From Bacteroidota bacterium (lineage in GTDB: Bacteria > Bacteroidota > Bacteroidia > Bacteroidales > FEN-979): a stretch of DNA of 64,000 nt. Positions within the stretch are counted from its first letter, which is position 1. Each line of letters starts with the position of its first letter. The notes under the pieces were generated by a model that was not told the origin of the DNA, searched no databases, and saw only the letters and a program-made list of their open reading frames with translations. Position numbers and translations under genes: made by a program. The DNA lies in contig JBDROF010000006.1 in assembly GCA_043810345.1 (NCBI GenBank), positions 6,603 through 70,602 of the forward strand. The letters run 5' to 3'. This document shows positions 54,017 through 62,471 of the stretch, one piece after another.

Positions 54017-56213
54017 GTTCCCATTTTCACGGCAACTCGATTCCATGGATTGCGGTCCTGCCTGCCTCCAGATGGTCGCCCGTTTTCATGGGAAGAACTA
54101 CTCCCTCTCCACCCTCCGCGACCTCTGTCATATCACCCGCGATGGGGTCACCATGCTGGGGATCAGTGATGCTGCTGAAGCCACCGGATACCATACCCTC
54201 GGTGTAAAGATCAGTTTCGGCGAGCTCCTCGCGGAAGCTCCCCTCCCCTGCATCCTTCACTGGCAACAGAATCACTTCGTGGTGTTGTACCGGGTGAAAG
54301 AAAAGCATGGGAAGAAAAAGCTCTTCATCGCAGATCCGGCCATCGGGAGAGTGAAATACAGTGAGGAGGAGTTTTTGAAAAGATGGCTCTCGGAGGTGAA
54401 ACCGGAGGAAGAACAGAAAGGGATATGCCTGCTTCTGGAACCCACGGAAGCGTTTCATTCAAAGAGGGATGAAGAGACCGGGATGTCGCGCCTCCGGTTC
54501 ATCTTCAGCTACCTGAAACCCCACCGGAAACTCTTCTCACAGCTGGTGCTGGGCATGCTGCTCGGAAGCCTCTTCATGCTGATCTTCCCCTTCCTCACAC
54601 AGTCGATCATCGATGTGGGGATCCAGAACCAGGACCTGAGCTTCATCTTCCTGGTACTGCTGGCCATGATGGCTCTCTTTCTCGGCCAGATCTCAGTGGA
54701 GTTCATCCGGGGGTGGATCCTCCTGCACATCAGTACCCGGATCAACATCTCATTGATCTCCGACTTCCTGATCAAGATCATGAGGCTGCCCATCGGTTTC
54801 TTTGACACCAAACGAACCGGCGACCTGATCCAGCGCATTCTCGACCACGACCGGATACAGTCCTTTCTCACTGTCAGTTCACTCAGCATTCTCTTTTCCA
54901 TCGTGAACTTCATCATCTTCGGACTGGTTCTCCTGGCTTACAACTCCACAATCTTTCTGGTTTTTATAGCGGGCAGCATGCTCTATGGCCTCTGGGTTTA
55001 CCTGTTCATGAACCGCAGGAAAGAGCTCGATTACGCCCGTTTCTCCTACATGGCTGAAAATCAGGGGAACCTCTTTCAACTGGTAACCGCCATGCAGGAG
55101 ATCAAACTGAACAATTGTGAAAGGGAGAAACGATGGGATTGGGAACGGATCCAGGCCAAACTCTTCCGGGTGAGTTTAAGGAGCCTCTCCCTGACACAGT
55201 ACCAGAATGTGGGAGCCCTGTTTTTCATTCGTACCAAAGACATTGTGATCATTTTCTTATCTGCCTCACTGGTATTGAAAGGGGAACTTACCCTGGGGAT
55301 GATGCTGGCTATCCAGTACATCCTCGGACAGGTCAACAACCCGGTGGAACAGATGGTCAACTTCATCCGGGAAGCACAGGATGCCACCATCAGCATGTCC
55401 CGTCTGGATGAGGTAAGCTCCCTGAAAGAGGAAGAGGGGCCGGACGACCATCTTGTGAAGAGCATCCCGCCGGATCATGGTATCCGCATCTGCCAGCTCT
55501 CTTTTCAGTACGAGGGACCTCATTCCCCCTTCGTTTTGAAAGATCTGAATCTGGTCATCCCCGATCAGAAAATCACCGCCATTGTCGGGCCAAGCGGTAG
55601 CGGGAAGACCACGCTGATCAAGCTGATGCTGGGCTTCTATCCACCTGTAAGGGGAACGATCTCTGTGGGAGACCTGCCTCTGCAACACATCTCTCCGCAG
55701 TACTGGCGTACCCTTTGCGGTGCGGTCATGCAGGAGGGATTTATCTTTTCCGACTCCATTGCCAGCAACATTGCCATGAGCCTGGAACAGGTGGAGCCGG
55801 AAAAGTTTTCCCGGGCGATCAGGATCGCCAACCTGACTGAATTCGTAGATTCGCTGCCTACCGGCCTCCGGACCAAGATCGGATCCGAGGGACACGGGAT
55901 CAGCGAAGGGCAAAAACAACGGGTCCTGATCGCCCGGGCGGTCTATAAAGATCCTGAATTCATCTTCTTCGACGAAGCTACTAACTCCCTGGATGCCAAT
56001 AATGAGATGATGATCATCGAAAATCTGAAGGAATTTTTTGCCGGGAAAACGGTGGTGGTGGTAGCGCACCGGCTAAGCACAGTGAAAAATGCCGACCAGA
56101 TTGTAGTGCTCGATCAGGGCTGTATCCTGGAGCAGGGCACTCACCACGAGCTCACCAGTCTCCGTGGGGCTTATTATGAATTGGTTAAAAATCAACTTGA
56201 ACTTGGATATTAA
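54009..56213 (+). CDS. peptidase C39 domain-containing ABC exporter (double-glycine leader cleavage/export)
   Basis: QLDSMDCGPACLQMV (catalytic Cys), HWQQNHFVVLY (His), 6-TM ABC domain, Walker A GPSGSGKTT, signature SEGQKQR, and Walker B IFFDEAT. Confidence 0.9.
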   Translation: MSRFPFSRQLDSMDCGPACLQMVARFHGKNYSLSTLRDLCHITRDGVTMLGISDAAEATGYHTLGVKISFGELLAEAPLPCILHWQQNHFVVLYRVKEKHGKKKLFIADPAIGRVKYSEEEFLKRWLSEVKPEEEQKGICLLLEPTEAFHSKRDEETGMSRLRFIFSYLKPHRKLFSQLVLGMLLGSLFMLIFPFLTQSIIDVGIQNQDLSFIFLVLLAMMALFLGQISVEFIRGWILLHISTRINISLISDFLIKIMRLPIGFFDTKRTGDLIQRILDHDRIQSFLTVSSLSILFSIVNFIIFGLVLLAYNSTIFLVFIAGSMLYGLWVYLFMNRRKELDYARFSYMAENQGNLFQLVTAMQEIKLNNCEREKRWDWERIQAKLFRVSLRSLSLTQYQNVGALFFIRTKDIVIIFLSASLVLKGELTLGMMLAIQYILGQVNNPVEQMVNFIREAQDATISMSRLDEVSSLKEEEGPDDHLVKSIPPDHGIRICQLSFQYEGPHSPFVLKDLNLVIPDQKITAIVGPSGSGKTTLIKLMLGFYPPVRGTISVGDLPLQHISPQYWRTLCGAVMQEGFIFSDSIASNIAMSLEQVEPEKFSRAIRIANLTEFVDSLPTGLRTKIGSEGHGISEGQKQRVLIARAVYKDPEFIFFDEATNSLDANNEMMIIENLKEFFAGKTVVVVAHRLSTVKNADQIVVLDQGCILEQGTHHELTSLRGAYYELVKNQLELGY

Positions 56214-56214
56214 C

Positions 56215-56718
56215 ATGACCCAACAACCAACCGATCAGGAAAAATACAGCCGGGAAGTGGAAGAGATATTGCACAAACGACCTGCCTTGCTGGTTCGCAA
56301 GGGAATCCTCCTGCTCACCATCCTTGTCATCCTCCTCCTGGTGGGTTCCCATTTCATTAAGTACCCCGAGAAACTGACTGCCTCGGTCACGTTCGACACC
56401 GTTGCCGTCCACGATTCGATCCTCCTTCAGGGCCGGATCATCCTGACCTCGGCAGCGGCCTCCATCGTGAAGCCGGGACAACCGGTTGTGATGCTCCTGC
56501 GTACGACTCCAGAAAGCACGCCCGTTGACGTAACCGGAACCATAGAAGCCCTGCTTCCTATGGGCCGGGGCGACTATTACACTGTGCTGGTTCAGCCCGA
56601 TACCCAGACTGAGCTTTTAGGGCATGAAGGTACGGCCAGCATTTTGATAGGTGAAACAAATCTGCTGACCCAAATATTAAATCCGGTTTTTGCAGTATTC
56701 CGATCTGCTGACCAATAG
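56215..56718 (+). CDS. truncated HlyD-family adaptor-like protein (167 aa)
   Basis: The N-terminus SREVEEILHKRPALLVRKGILLLTILVILLLVGSHFIKYPEKLTASV matches the HlyD-type anchor. The C-terminal beta-domain-like part is present, but there is no room for the coiled-coil hairpin. Confidence 0.55.
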   Translation: MTQQPTDQEKYSREVEEILHKRPALLVRKGILLLTILVILLLVGSHFIKYPEKLTASVTFDTVAVHDSILLQGRIILTSAAASIVKPGQPVVMLLRTTPESTPVDVTGTIEALLPMGRGDYYTVLVQPDTQTELLGHEGTASILIGETNLLTQILNPVFAVFRSADQ

Positions 56719-56730
56719 AGGAAGAACGTT

Positions 56731-57402
56731 ATGATAATAATCAAAGAATTGACGAAAGTGTTCCAGGCGGAGGATGTCCAGACGATGGCCCTGAACCAGG
56801 TGGATTTTGAGGTCGCGGAAGGCGAGTTCGTAGCGATCATGGGCCCGTCAGGATGTGGAAAATCTACCCTGCTCAACATCATAGGGATGTTGGACGAGCC
56901 CAACAGCGGCCAATATGAATTCCTGAACCATAACATCTTCGAGCTGCCAGAAAAAGAGCGAACCGCCATACGGAAAAAGAACATCGGTTTTGTTTTTCAG
57001 AATTTCAACCTGATCGACGAATTGACCATATTCGAGAATGTTGAGCTGCCACTGATCTACCTGGGAGTACCTGCACCCGAACGCAAAGTGAAGGTGATTG
57101 AAATGCTGGAAGAACTGGAGATGGCTCACCGGAAAAAATATTTCCCCATGCAACTTTCGGGAGGGCAGCAGCAACGGATTGCTGTGGCCCGGGCGCTGGT
57201 TGTGAACCCCGCTCTCCTGCTCGCAGATGAACCCACGGGTAACCTCGACTCCCTCCATGGAGATGAGGTGATGAACCTCTTCATCAAGCTCAATGATGCC
57301 GGTACCACCATTGTGATGGTAACCCACTCGGCTCGGGATGCCGAATACAGCACACGCATCGTTAACCTGTTCGACGGGCAGATCGTATCGGAGAGGTATT
57401 AA
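56731..57402 (+). CDS. ABC transporter ATP-binding protein (MacB/LolD type)
   Basis: Walker A GPSGCGKST, LSGGQQQR, Walker B LLADEPTGNLD. Confidence 0.9.
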   Translation: MIIIKELTKVFQAEDVQTMALNQVDFEVAEGEFVAIMGPSGCGKSTLLNIIGMLDEPNSGQYEFLNHNIFELPEKERTAIRKKNIGFVFQNFNLIDELTIFENVELPLIYLGVPAPERKVKVIEMLEELEMAHRKKYFPMQLSGGQQQRIAVARALVVNPALLLADEPTGNLDSLHGDEVMNLFIKLNDAGTTIVMVTHSARDAEYSTRIVNLFDGQIVSERY

Positions 57403-58748
57403 ATCCTGATCGTAAACACCGTATTTCCTGGCGACGACTGCACCGTCATGCTGCCGCCGTGGAGCCTGATGATCTGGCGGGAGAGGCTGAGGCCTATGCC
57501 TGAACCCGACTGTTTGGTGGTGAAGAAAGGAACAAAGATATCATCTATCAACTCCGGGGGAATCCCGTTCCCGTTATCGGAGACCTGGATTATCAGTTGA
57601 TCCTGTGCCGAGTGTGCAGCCAGTTCTACCACCGGGGATTCTGCCTCGTCAAGGGCCTCTGATGCATTTTTAACGAGATTGATCAGTACCTGCTCCAGCA
57701 ACGAGCCATCGGCATTGATAAAAATGGAAGGATGGCAGTTGATCCGGAGGTCAATTCCACCGACTGCAAGTTGAGATTCGAAGAGGTGTAATACCCGTTG
57801 CAGAAGGTCCTTGACATTGACAATCTTGAAGTCGGGTTTAGGTAAACGGGTAATGCTGCGGTAGTTCTGCACGAAACTGATCAACCCTTTCCCACGGGAA
57901 TCAATCAGGTCCAGCCCTTTTACTGTCCGGGCCATTATATCATGGGTGACCTCAGCAGGCTCTATCAACTCCGGTTTGTCTCTGCGCCGGAGTTTCTTCA
58001 CGATGCTTCCTACCAGGGTGACGATCGGAGTCATTGAATTCATGATCTCATGGGTCAATACCCGGATCAGACGTTGCCACGATTCGATCTCCTTCTCTTC
58101 CAATTCAGGCTTGATATTCTGAAAAGAGACCAGGTGCAACTCTTCATTCATCGTCCGGAACTTGACCTTTTTGGTAGCCAGCTGGATCAGCTCACCTTCC
58201 AGGATCAGGGAGATCAGTTTCCGGTCGTTCGATGCCAGGTTGATCAGCATCTCGCTGAATCCATCCTTGATGTTGTTCAACTTCCTGAGGTTTCGCAATA
58301 CCTGCATCCCAAATATCTTTTTGGCTGCCTCGTTGAAGAGTTCCACCGAACCATCTGCCTTGAACGAAATCAATCCGACAGCCGTTTCGTCGACGATGGT
58401 TTTGAAGTAGTTGTTCTGTATCTCATTTTTCAGTCTCGCCTGCTCCAGTTTGTCGTTGATCAGGTCGAAATACATATAGAGCGGACTGAATTCATCCTTT
58501 TTGTTCCGGCGCACATTGGATGAGGTAACCTCACCACTGAGGTAAAAGAGAAAAAAGTTCTCGAGCTTCTTGTTGATGGAGTTCAGGTACCGGGTAAGCA
58601 TGACCACCTGGTAAATGAAGAGGGCTCCGAGGGCTATGATGACGGAATAGTTAGGATGGATAAAGAAAGAAAGGCACAGCAGGAAACAGGACAGTGAGAT
58701 AAGTACCAAACGGATGATCAGATGATAGAAATACCTTTTAGAGACCAT
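57399..58748 (-). CDS. membrane sensor histidine kinase (NtrB/ZraS-like), partner of the sigma-54 regulator
   Basis: Two N-terminal TM helices, a PAS-like region, H-box LTHEIMNSMTPI, then NLVKNASEA, DNGNGIP and GSGIGLSLSRQI. Confidence 0.85.
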   Translation of the reverse strand: MVSKRYFYHLIIRLVLISLSCFLLCLSFFIHPNYSVIIALGALFIYQVVMLTRYLNSINKKLENFFLFYLSGEVTSSNVRRNKKDEFSPLYMYFDLINDKLEQARLKNEIQNNYFKTIVDETAVGLISFKADGSVELFNEAAKKIFGMQVLRNLRKLNNIKDGFSEMLINLASNDRKLISLILEGELIQLATKKVKFRTMNEELHLVSFQNIKPELEEKEIESWQRLIRVLTHEIMNSMTPIVTLVGSIVKKLRRRDKPELIEPAEVTHDIMARTVKGLDLIDSRGKGLISFVQNYRSITRLPKPDFKIVNVKDLLQRVLHLFESQLAVGGIDLRINCHPSIFINADGSLLEQVLINLVKNASEALDEAESPVVELAAHSAQDQLIIQVSDNGNGIPPELIDDIFVPFFTTKQSGSGIGLSLSRQIIRLHGGSMTVQSSPGNTVFTIRI

Positions 58749-60120
58749 ACCGTTTCATTTTGTTATAAATGGTCTGCCTCGAGATACCCAGTTCCCGGGC
58801 AGCACTGGTCATGTTACCCATGTGCCGGAGGAGTGCTTTCCGTATGATCTCCTTTTCAAAATCACCGTAGGATCCGTTCATTTCGGCTGGTTGCATCGGT
58901 TGCCCGGGCATTTTCTTCAGGTAAAGGTCCTCCGGCCTCACTGTATTCCCTTCAGCCAGGATGACCGCCTTCTCAATGGAGTGCTCCAGCTCACGAATAT
59001 TTCCGGGCCAAACATAGGTTCTCATGGCCATCAGGGCATCCTTGGAAAATGCCAGTTTACCCCGGTCGTATTTGGCAGTGCACCGGTGCAGAAAATGGTT
59101 AGCCATCAGCTCGATATCACTTCCCCTTTCACGCAATGGGGGAAGATCGATCTGAATGGTATTGATCCGGAAGAGAAGATCCTGCCGGAACAATCCTTCC
59201 ATTACCAGTTTGTCGAGGTTTTTATTTGTGGCACAGATCAGGCGGATGTCGATGGGAATAATTTTATTGGATCCCAGCGGAATGATTTGCCGTTCCTGCA
59301 GAACGTTCATGACCTTCGCCTGCATATTCAAAGAAAAATTTCCAATCTCATCCAGGAAGAGGGTTCCTCCGGAGGCGGTTTCAAAGCGACCGATCCGGTC
59401 CTGCTTGGCATCAGTAAATGCCCCTTTCTTGTGGCCGAACATCTCACTTTCAAAGAGTGTCAGAGGAATGGAGGCCATATCAACGGTGATCATCGCTTCA
59501 TTTGAGCGGGATGAGCGTTTATGGATCTCCCTGGCAATCAACCCCTTGCCGGTCCCATTCTCTCCTGTGATCAGGATATTGACATCGGTTTTACTTACCT
59601 TCTCCACGATCTCCATCACCCGGCTCATCTGGGGGCACTGAACGATGATCTCGGAATACTGCTGATCCAGTTCGGCGGTCAGCTGATCCTGCCGGTTGCG
59701 GAGTTTCTCGATCTCCTTGGTCGACTCCCGGAGCTTTAAGGCTGTACGCAATGTTGCCAGGAGTTTATCATTATCCCATGGCTTGATGATGAAATCAACG
59801 GCACCATTCTTCATGGCCTTCACAGCAAGCTCTACATCTCCGTAAGCTGTCATCATGATGACACTCAAAGAAGGATCCACCTTCAGGATCTCTTTCAACC
59901 AGTAAAGACCTTCGTTTCCCGTCACCACCCCCGCCGAGAAATTCATATCCAGCAAAACCAGGTCAAAGGATTCATTCTTCAGGGTGCTGACGATCATGTT
60001 TGGTGTCTTCAATCCGGTAACCAGGGAAAACTCATCTTCCAGAAACAACTCCAGCGCTTCCAGGATCTCTTTGTTATCTTCAACGATGAGCAGGTTTCCA
60101 TTTTTCGACATATGGTACAA
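58738..60120 (-). CDS. sigma-54-dependent response regulator (NtrC-family enhancer-binding protein)
   Basis: REC (LLIVEDNKEIL...LVLLDMNF), AAA+ domain with GENGTGKG and the sigma-54 contact loop GAFTDA, and a C-terminal Fis-type HTH AARELGISRQTIYNKMKRYG. The start may instead be the ATG at 60111. Confidence 0.9.
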   Translation of the reverse strand: MYHMSKNGNLLIVEDNKEILEALELFLEDEFSLVTGLKTPNMIVSTLKNESFDLVLLDMNFSAGVVTGNEGLYWLKEILKVDPSLSVIMMTAYGDVELAVKAMKNGAVDFIIKPWDNDKLLATLRTALKLRESTKEIEKLRNRQDQLTAELDQQYSEIIVQCPQMSRVMEIVEKVSKTDVNILITGENGTGKGLIAREIHKRSSRSNEAMITVDMASIPLTLFESEMFGHKKGAFTDAKQDRIGRFETASGGTLFLDEIGNFSLNMQAKVMNVLQERQIIPLGSNKIIPIDIRLICATNKNLDKLVMEGLFRQDLLFRINTIQIDLPPLRERGSDIELMANHFLHRCTAKYDRGKLAFSKDALMAMRTYVWPGNIRELEHSIEKAVILAEGNTVRPEDLYLKKMPGQPMQPAEMNGSYGDFEKEIIRKALLRHMGNMTSAARELGISRQTIYNKMKRYGL

Positions 60121-60142
60121 TTTTACACTTTTTTACTACGAG

Positions 60143-60159
60143 TGTCCAAATTTAATACA
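60143..60159. promoter_or_regulatory. second, imperfect activator site (copy 2)
   Basis: TGTC-CAAATTTAA-TACA. Its centre is 22 bp from the perfect site. Confidence 0.45.
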
Positions 60160-60163
60160 ATTA

Positions 60164-60182
60164 TTGTCAAATATTTTGACAC
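60164..60182. promoter_or_regulatory. palindromic upstream activator site (copy 2)
   Basis: TTGTCAAA-TAT-TTTGACAC, in the divergent intergenic region between the EBP gene and the hybrid kinase gene. Confidence 0.6.
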
Positions 60183-60243
60183 TTTTAAAACTTTTTTTTT
60201 ACCCTTCGTAAATAACATATTGATTATCAATAAAATAATTTTA

Positions 60244-60259
60244 TGGCCTGATTTTTGCT
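60244..60259 (+). promoter_or_regulatory. sigma-54 (-24/-12)-like promoter upstream of the hybrid kinase gene
   Basis: TGGCCT-gattt-TTGCT with exact GG-to-GC spacing, about 100 nt upstream of the ATG at 60362. Confidence 0.5.
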
Positions 60260-60361
60260 ATCTTCCTGTGCTACATGGTTAATTTTGCTCCGTTACACCC
60301 TGACTGGCTAGTTGTGTAATTTTTTAGTTAAAACCAGCACTAAAGTGAACTCTTAAGATGT

Positions 60362-62416
60362 ATGAAAAGACGGGATGAGGCAACGCGGAATGTATTAGAG
60401 GTGATCCCTGATATCCTCCTGTGGTTTGATGACCATGGGCAGTTACTCGATTTTCACCCGAACAACCACGCTTTCTTATTCGACAGGGAAGGAGGAGTTG
60501 TTGGCTGTTCACTGGAAGAGATCTTCAACCGGGAGGTCAGCACACAGATGCTGGAACTGGCCGGGATCTGCAGGGAGCAGAACAAACTACAATCGGGACA
60601 GGTTATTTACAGAATCAATGGATCGGTTTCCATGTTCGAGTGCAGGATCGCTCCGGCGGATGCCAATTCCTTTATTACAGGATGGAGAAAGATCACGCAT
60701 CTGAGTGAATCACGAAAAGTCGATCTGATCAACGGCAACAGCCAGGTTACGCTGGTGCTGCTGACCGAGAGTTCACTTGATGAAGCGATCAATCGCTCCT
60801 TAAAGATCCTTGGGGAGACCTATGAGGCCGACCGTATCATCTTATTCCAGAATCATCTCGATCCTGAATCAGGGGAGGCATCCATGACCCTCCAGCAAGA
60901 GTGGTCCCATCCCGATATGGTTCACAGTCTGGGGAACCTGAACTTATCCCATATCTCTTATCATCCTGACCATACCCAGTTATATGAGACGCTGGAAAAC
61001 GACACCCCGGTGATTGCGATCACGGAGGATCTGAACCAGGAGGCCCAGGGGTTTTTAAACCGGATGGACATCCTGTCGGTGGTCATCATGCCGGTCTGCG
61101 TGAGAAAAACCTTCTGGGGTTTCCTGGGCATCGGTGATTGCCGTTTGCCACGTGCCTGGAAAGAAGAGGAGGTTGGCGCTTTCAGGGCAATTTCCATGGT
61201 GCTTGGGGCAGTGATACAAAAACACCAGGATCAGGATGAGCTGACGATTGCCAGGTTACGAGCTGAGGAGTCGGACCGCCTGAAAAGTTCCATCCTGGCC
61301 AACATCAACCATGAGTTACGTACTCCCATGACTGGCATCCTCGGATTTTCAGAGATCCTTTGTGAACAACTGGGAAATGCAGAGGCTCGCCAGATGGCTG
61401 AAAACATCCAGGTTAGTGGCCGCAGACTGTTATCCACCCTGAACAGTATGATTGAGTTATCCCAGTTTGAAGCCAAAAAGGCGCTCTTCAAACTGAGGGA
61501 GACCAAACTCAACGAGTTGATCCTGCTTACATGTGAGCCGCATCTCGCGGGAGCCAAGCAAAAGAAACTTGGTTTTGAGATCTATATGAATGAATCGATA
61601 TTCTCCTATATCGACGAAAAACTTTTCACACAGCTCCTGAACCATATCCTGGAGAACGCAGTGAAGTTCACCCATTCAGGCAGGATTATCGTGGAAACCT
61701 GTAACGAATGGGAGGAAGGGAGACCGTGGTCCTGCATTCGTATTACTGATACAGGCCCTGGTATTCCCGCCGAGTTCCATGAGCTGATTTTTGAAGAGTT
61801 CCGGCAGGTCAGTGAAGGATACAATCGCAGTTTTGAAGGAAGCGGACTCGGACTTACACTTGCTAAAAAGATCGTCGAACTGATGAATGGCAAACTTACC
61901 CTTACCAGCCATAAAGAAAAAGGCAGCACCTTCTCCATCTGGCTCCCCTCCAGTCAGTTGAGTACATCCGAATTCCAATTCTTTGTTAAGGAACCGGTGT
62001 CCTTTCCTGAAACAGTCGAGTGCCCCGTTCCGGAGACGAAAAAGGACCTTCCCACCGTCCTCATCGTGGAAGACAACCGGTTAAACAGTGATCTGATCCT
62101 CATATACCTCAGTGCCCAATACAATTGCGATGTGGCCCGCGATGGCGAATCGGCAGTGGAGATGGCCCTGAACACAAAGTATGACACCATCCTGATGGAT
62201 ATCCACCTGGGATCAGGAATCGATGGCATGGAGGCTACCCGCCGGATCCGATCTCTCAGCGGCTACCAACTCACTCCCATCATCGCTGTCACCGGTTATA
62301 CCATGGAGTCAGACAAAGAAGAGATCATGGATTCAGGGTGTTCCCACTACCTTCCCAAACCAATCGATAAAACAGAGCTGTCCAACCTCATCGCCAGCCT
62401 GGTGGGCAAGAAGTAG
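60362..62416 (+). CDS. PAS-GAF hybrid sensor histidine kinase with C-terminal receiver
   Basis: H-box NHELRTPMTGILGF, plus NAVKFT, DTGPGIP, GSGLGLTLAKK and REC VLIVEDNRLN...ILMDIHLGSGIDG...KP. Confidence 0.9.
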   Translation: MKRRDEATRNVLEVIPDILLWFDDHGQLLDFHPNNHAFLFDREGGVVGCSLEEIFNREVSTQMLELAGICREQNKLQSGQVIYRINGSVSMFECRIAPADANSFITGWRKITHLSESRKVDLINGNSQVTLVLLTESSLDEAINRSLKILGETYEADRIILFQNHLDPESGEASMTLQQEWSHPDMVHSLGNLNLSHISYHPDHTQLYETLENDTPVIAITEDLNQEAQGFLNRMDILSVVIMPVCVRKTFWGFLGIGDCRLPRAWKEEEVGAFRAISMVLGAVIQKHQDQDELTIARLRAEESDRLKSSILANINHELRTPMTGILGFSEILCEQLGNAEARQMAENIQVSGRRLLSTLNSMIELSQFEAKKALFKLRETKLNELILLTCEPHLAGAKQKKLGFEIYMNESIFSYIDEKLFTQLLNHILENAVKFTHSGRIIVETCNEWEEGRPWSCIRITDTGPGIPAEFHELIFEEFRQVSEGYNRSFEGSGLGLTLAKKIVELMNGKLTLTSHKEKGSTFSIWLPSSQLSTSEFQFFVKEPVSFPETVECPVPETKKDLPTVLIVEDNRLNSDLILIYLSAQYNCDVARDGESAVEMALNTKYDTILMDIHLGSGIDGMEATRRIRSLSGYQLTPIIAVTGYTMESDKEEIMDSGCSHYLPKPIDKTELSNLIASLVGKK

Positions 62417-62471
62417 CGCCTGTTTTTAATCCCCGGATAATTTTCTATTTTTACATGGTCAAAACCGCACC

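Noticed and set aside
55266-56069. 267-aa minus-strand ORF inside the C39 ABC exporter gene.
   Set aside because: It is antisense to the Walker A, signature and Walker B region of a clearly real gene. This is a shadow ORF.
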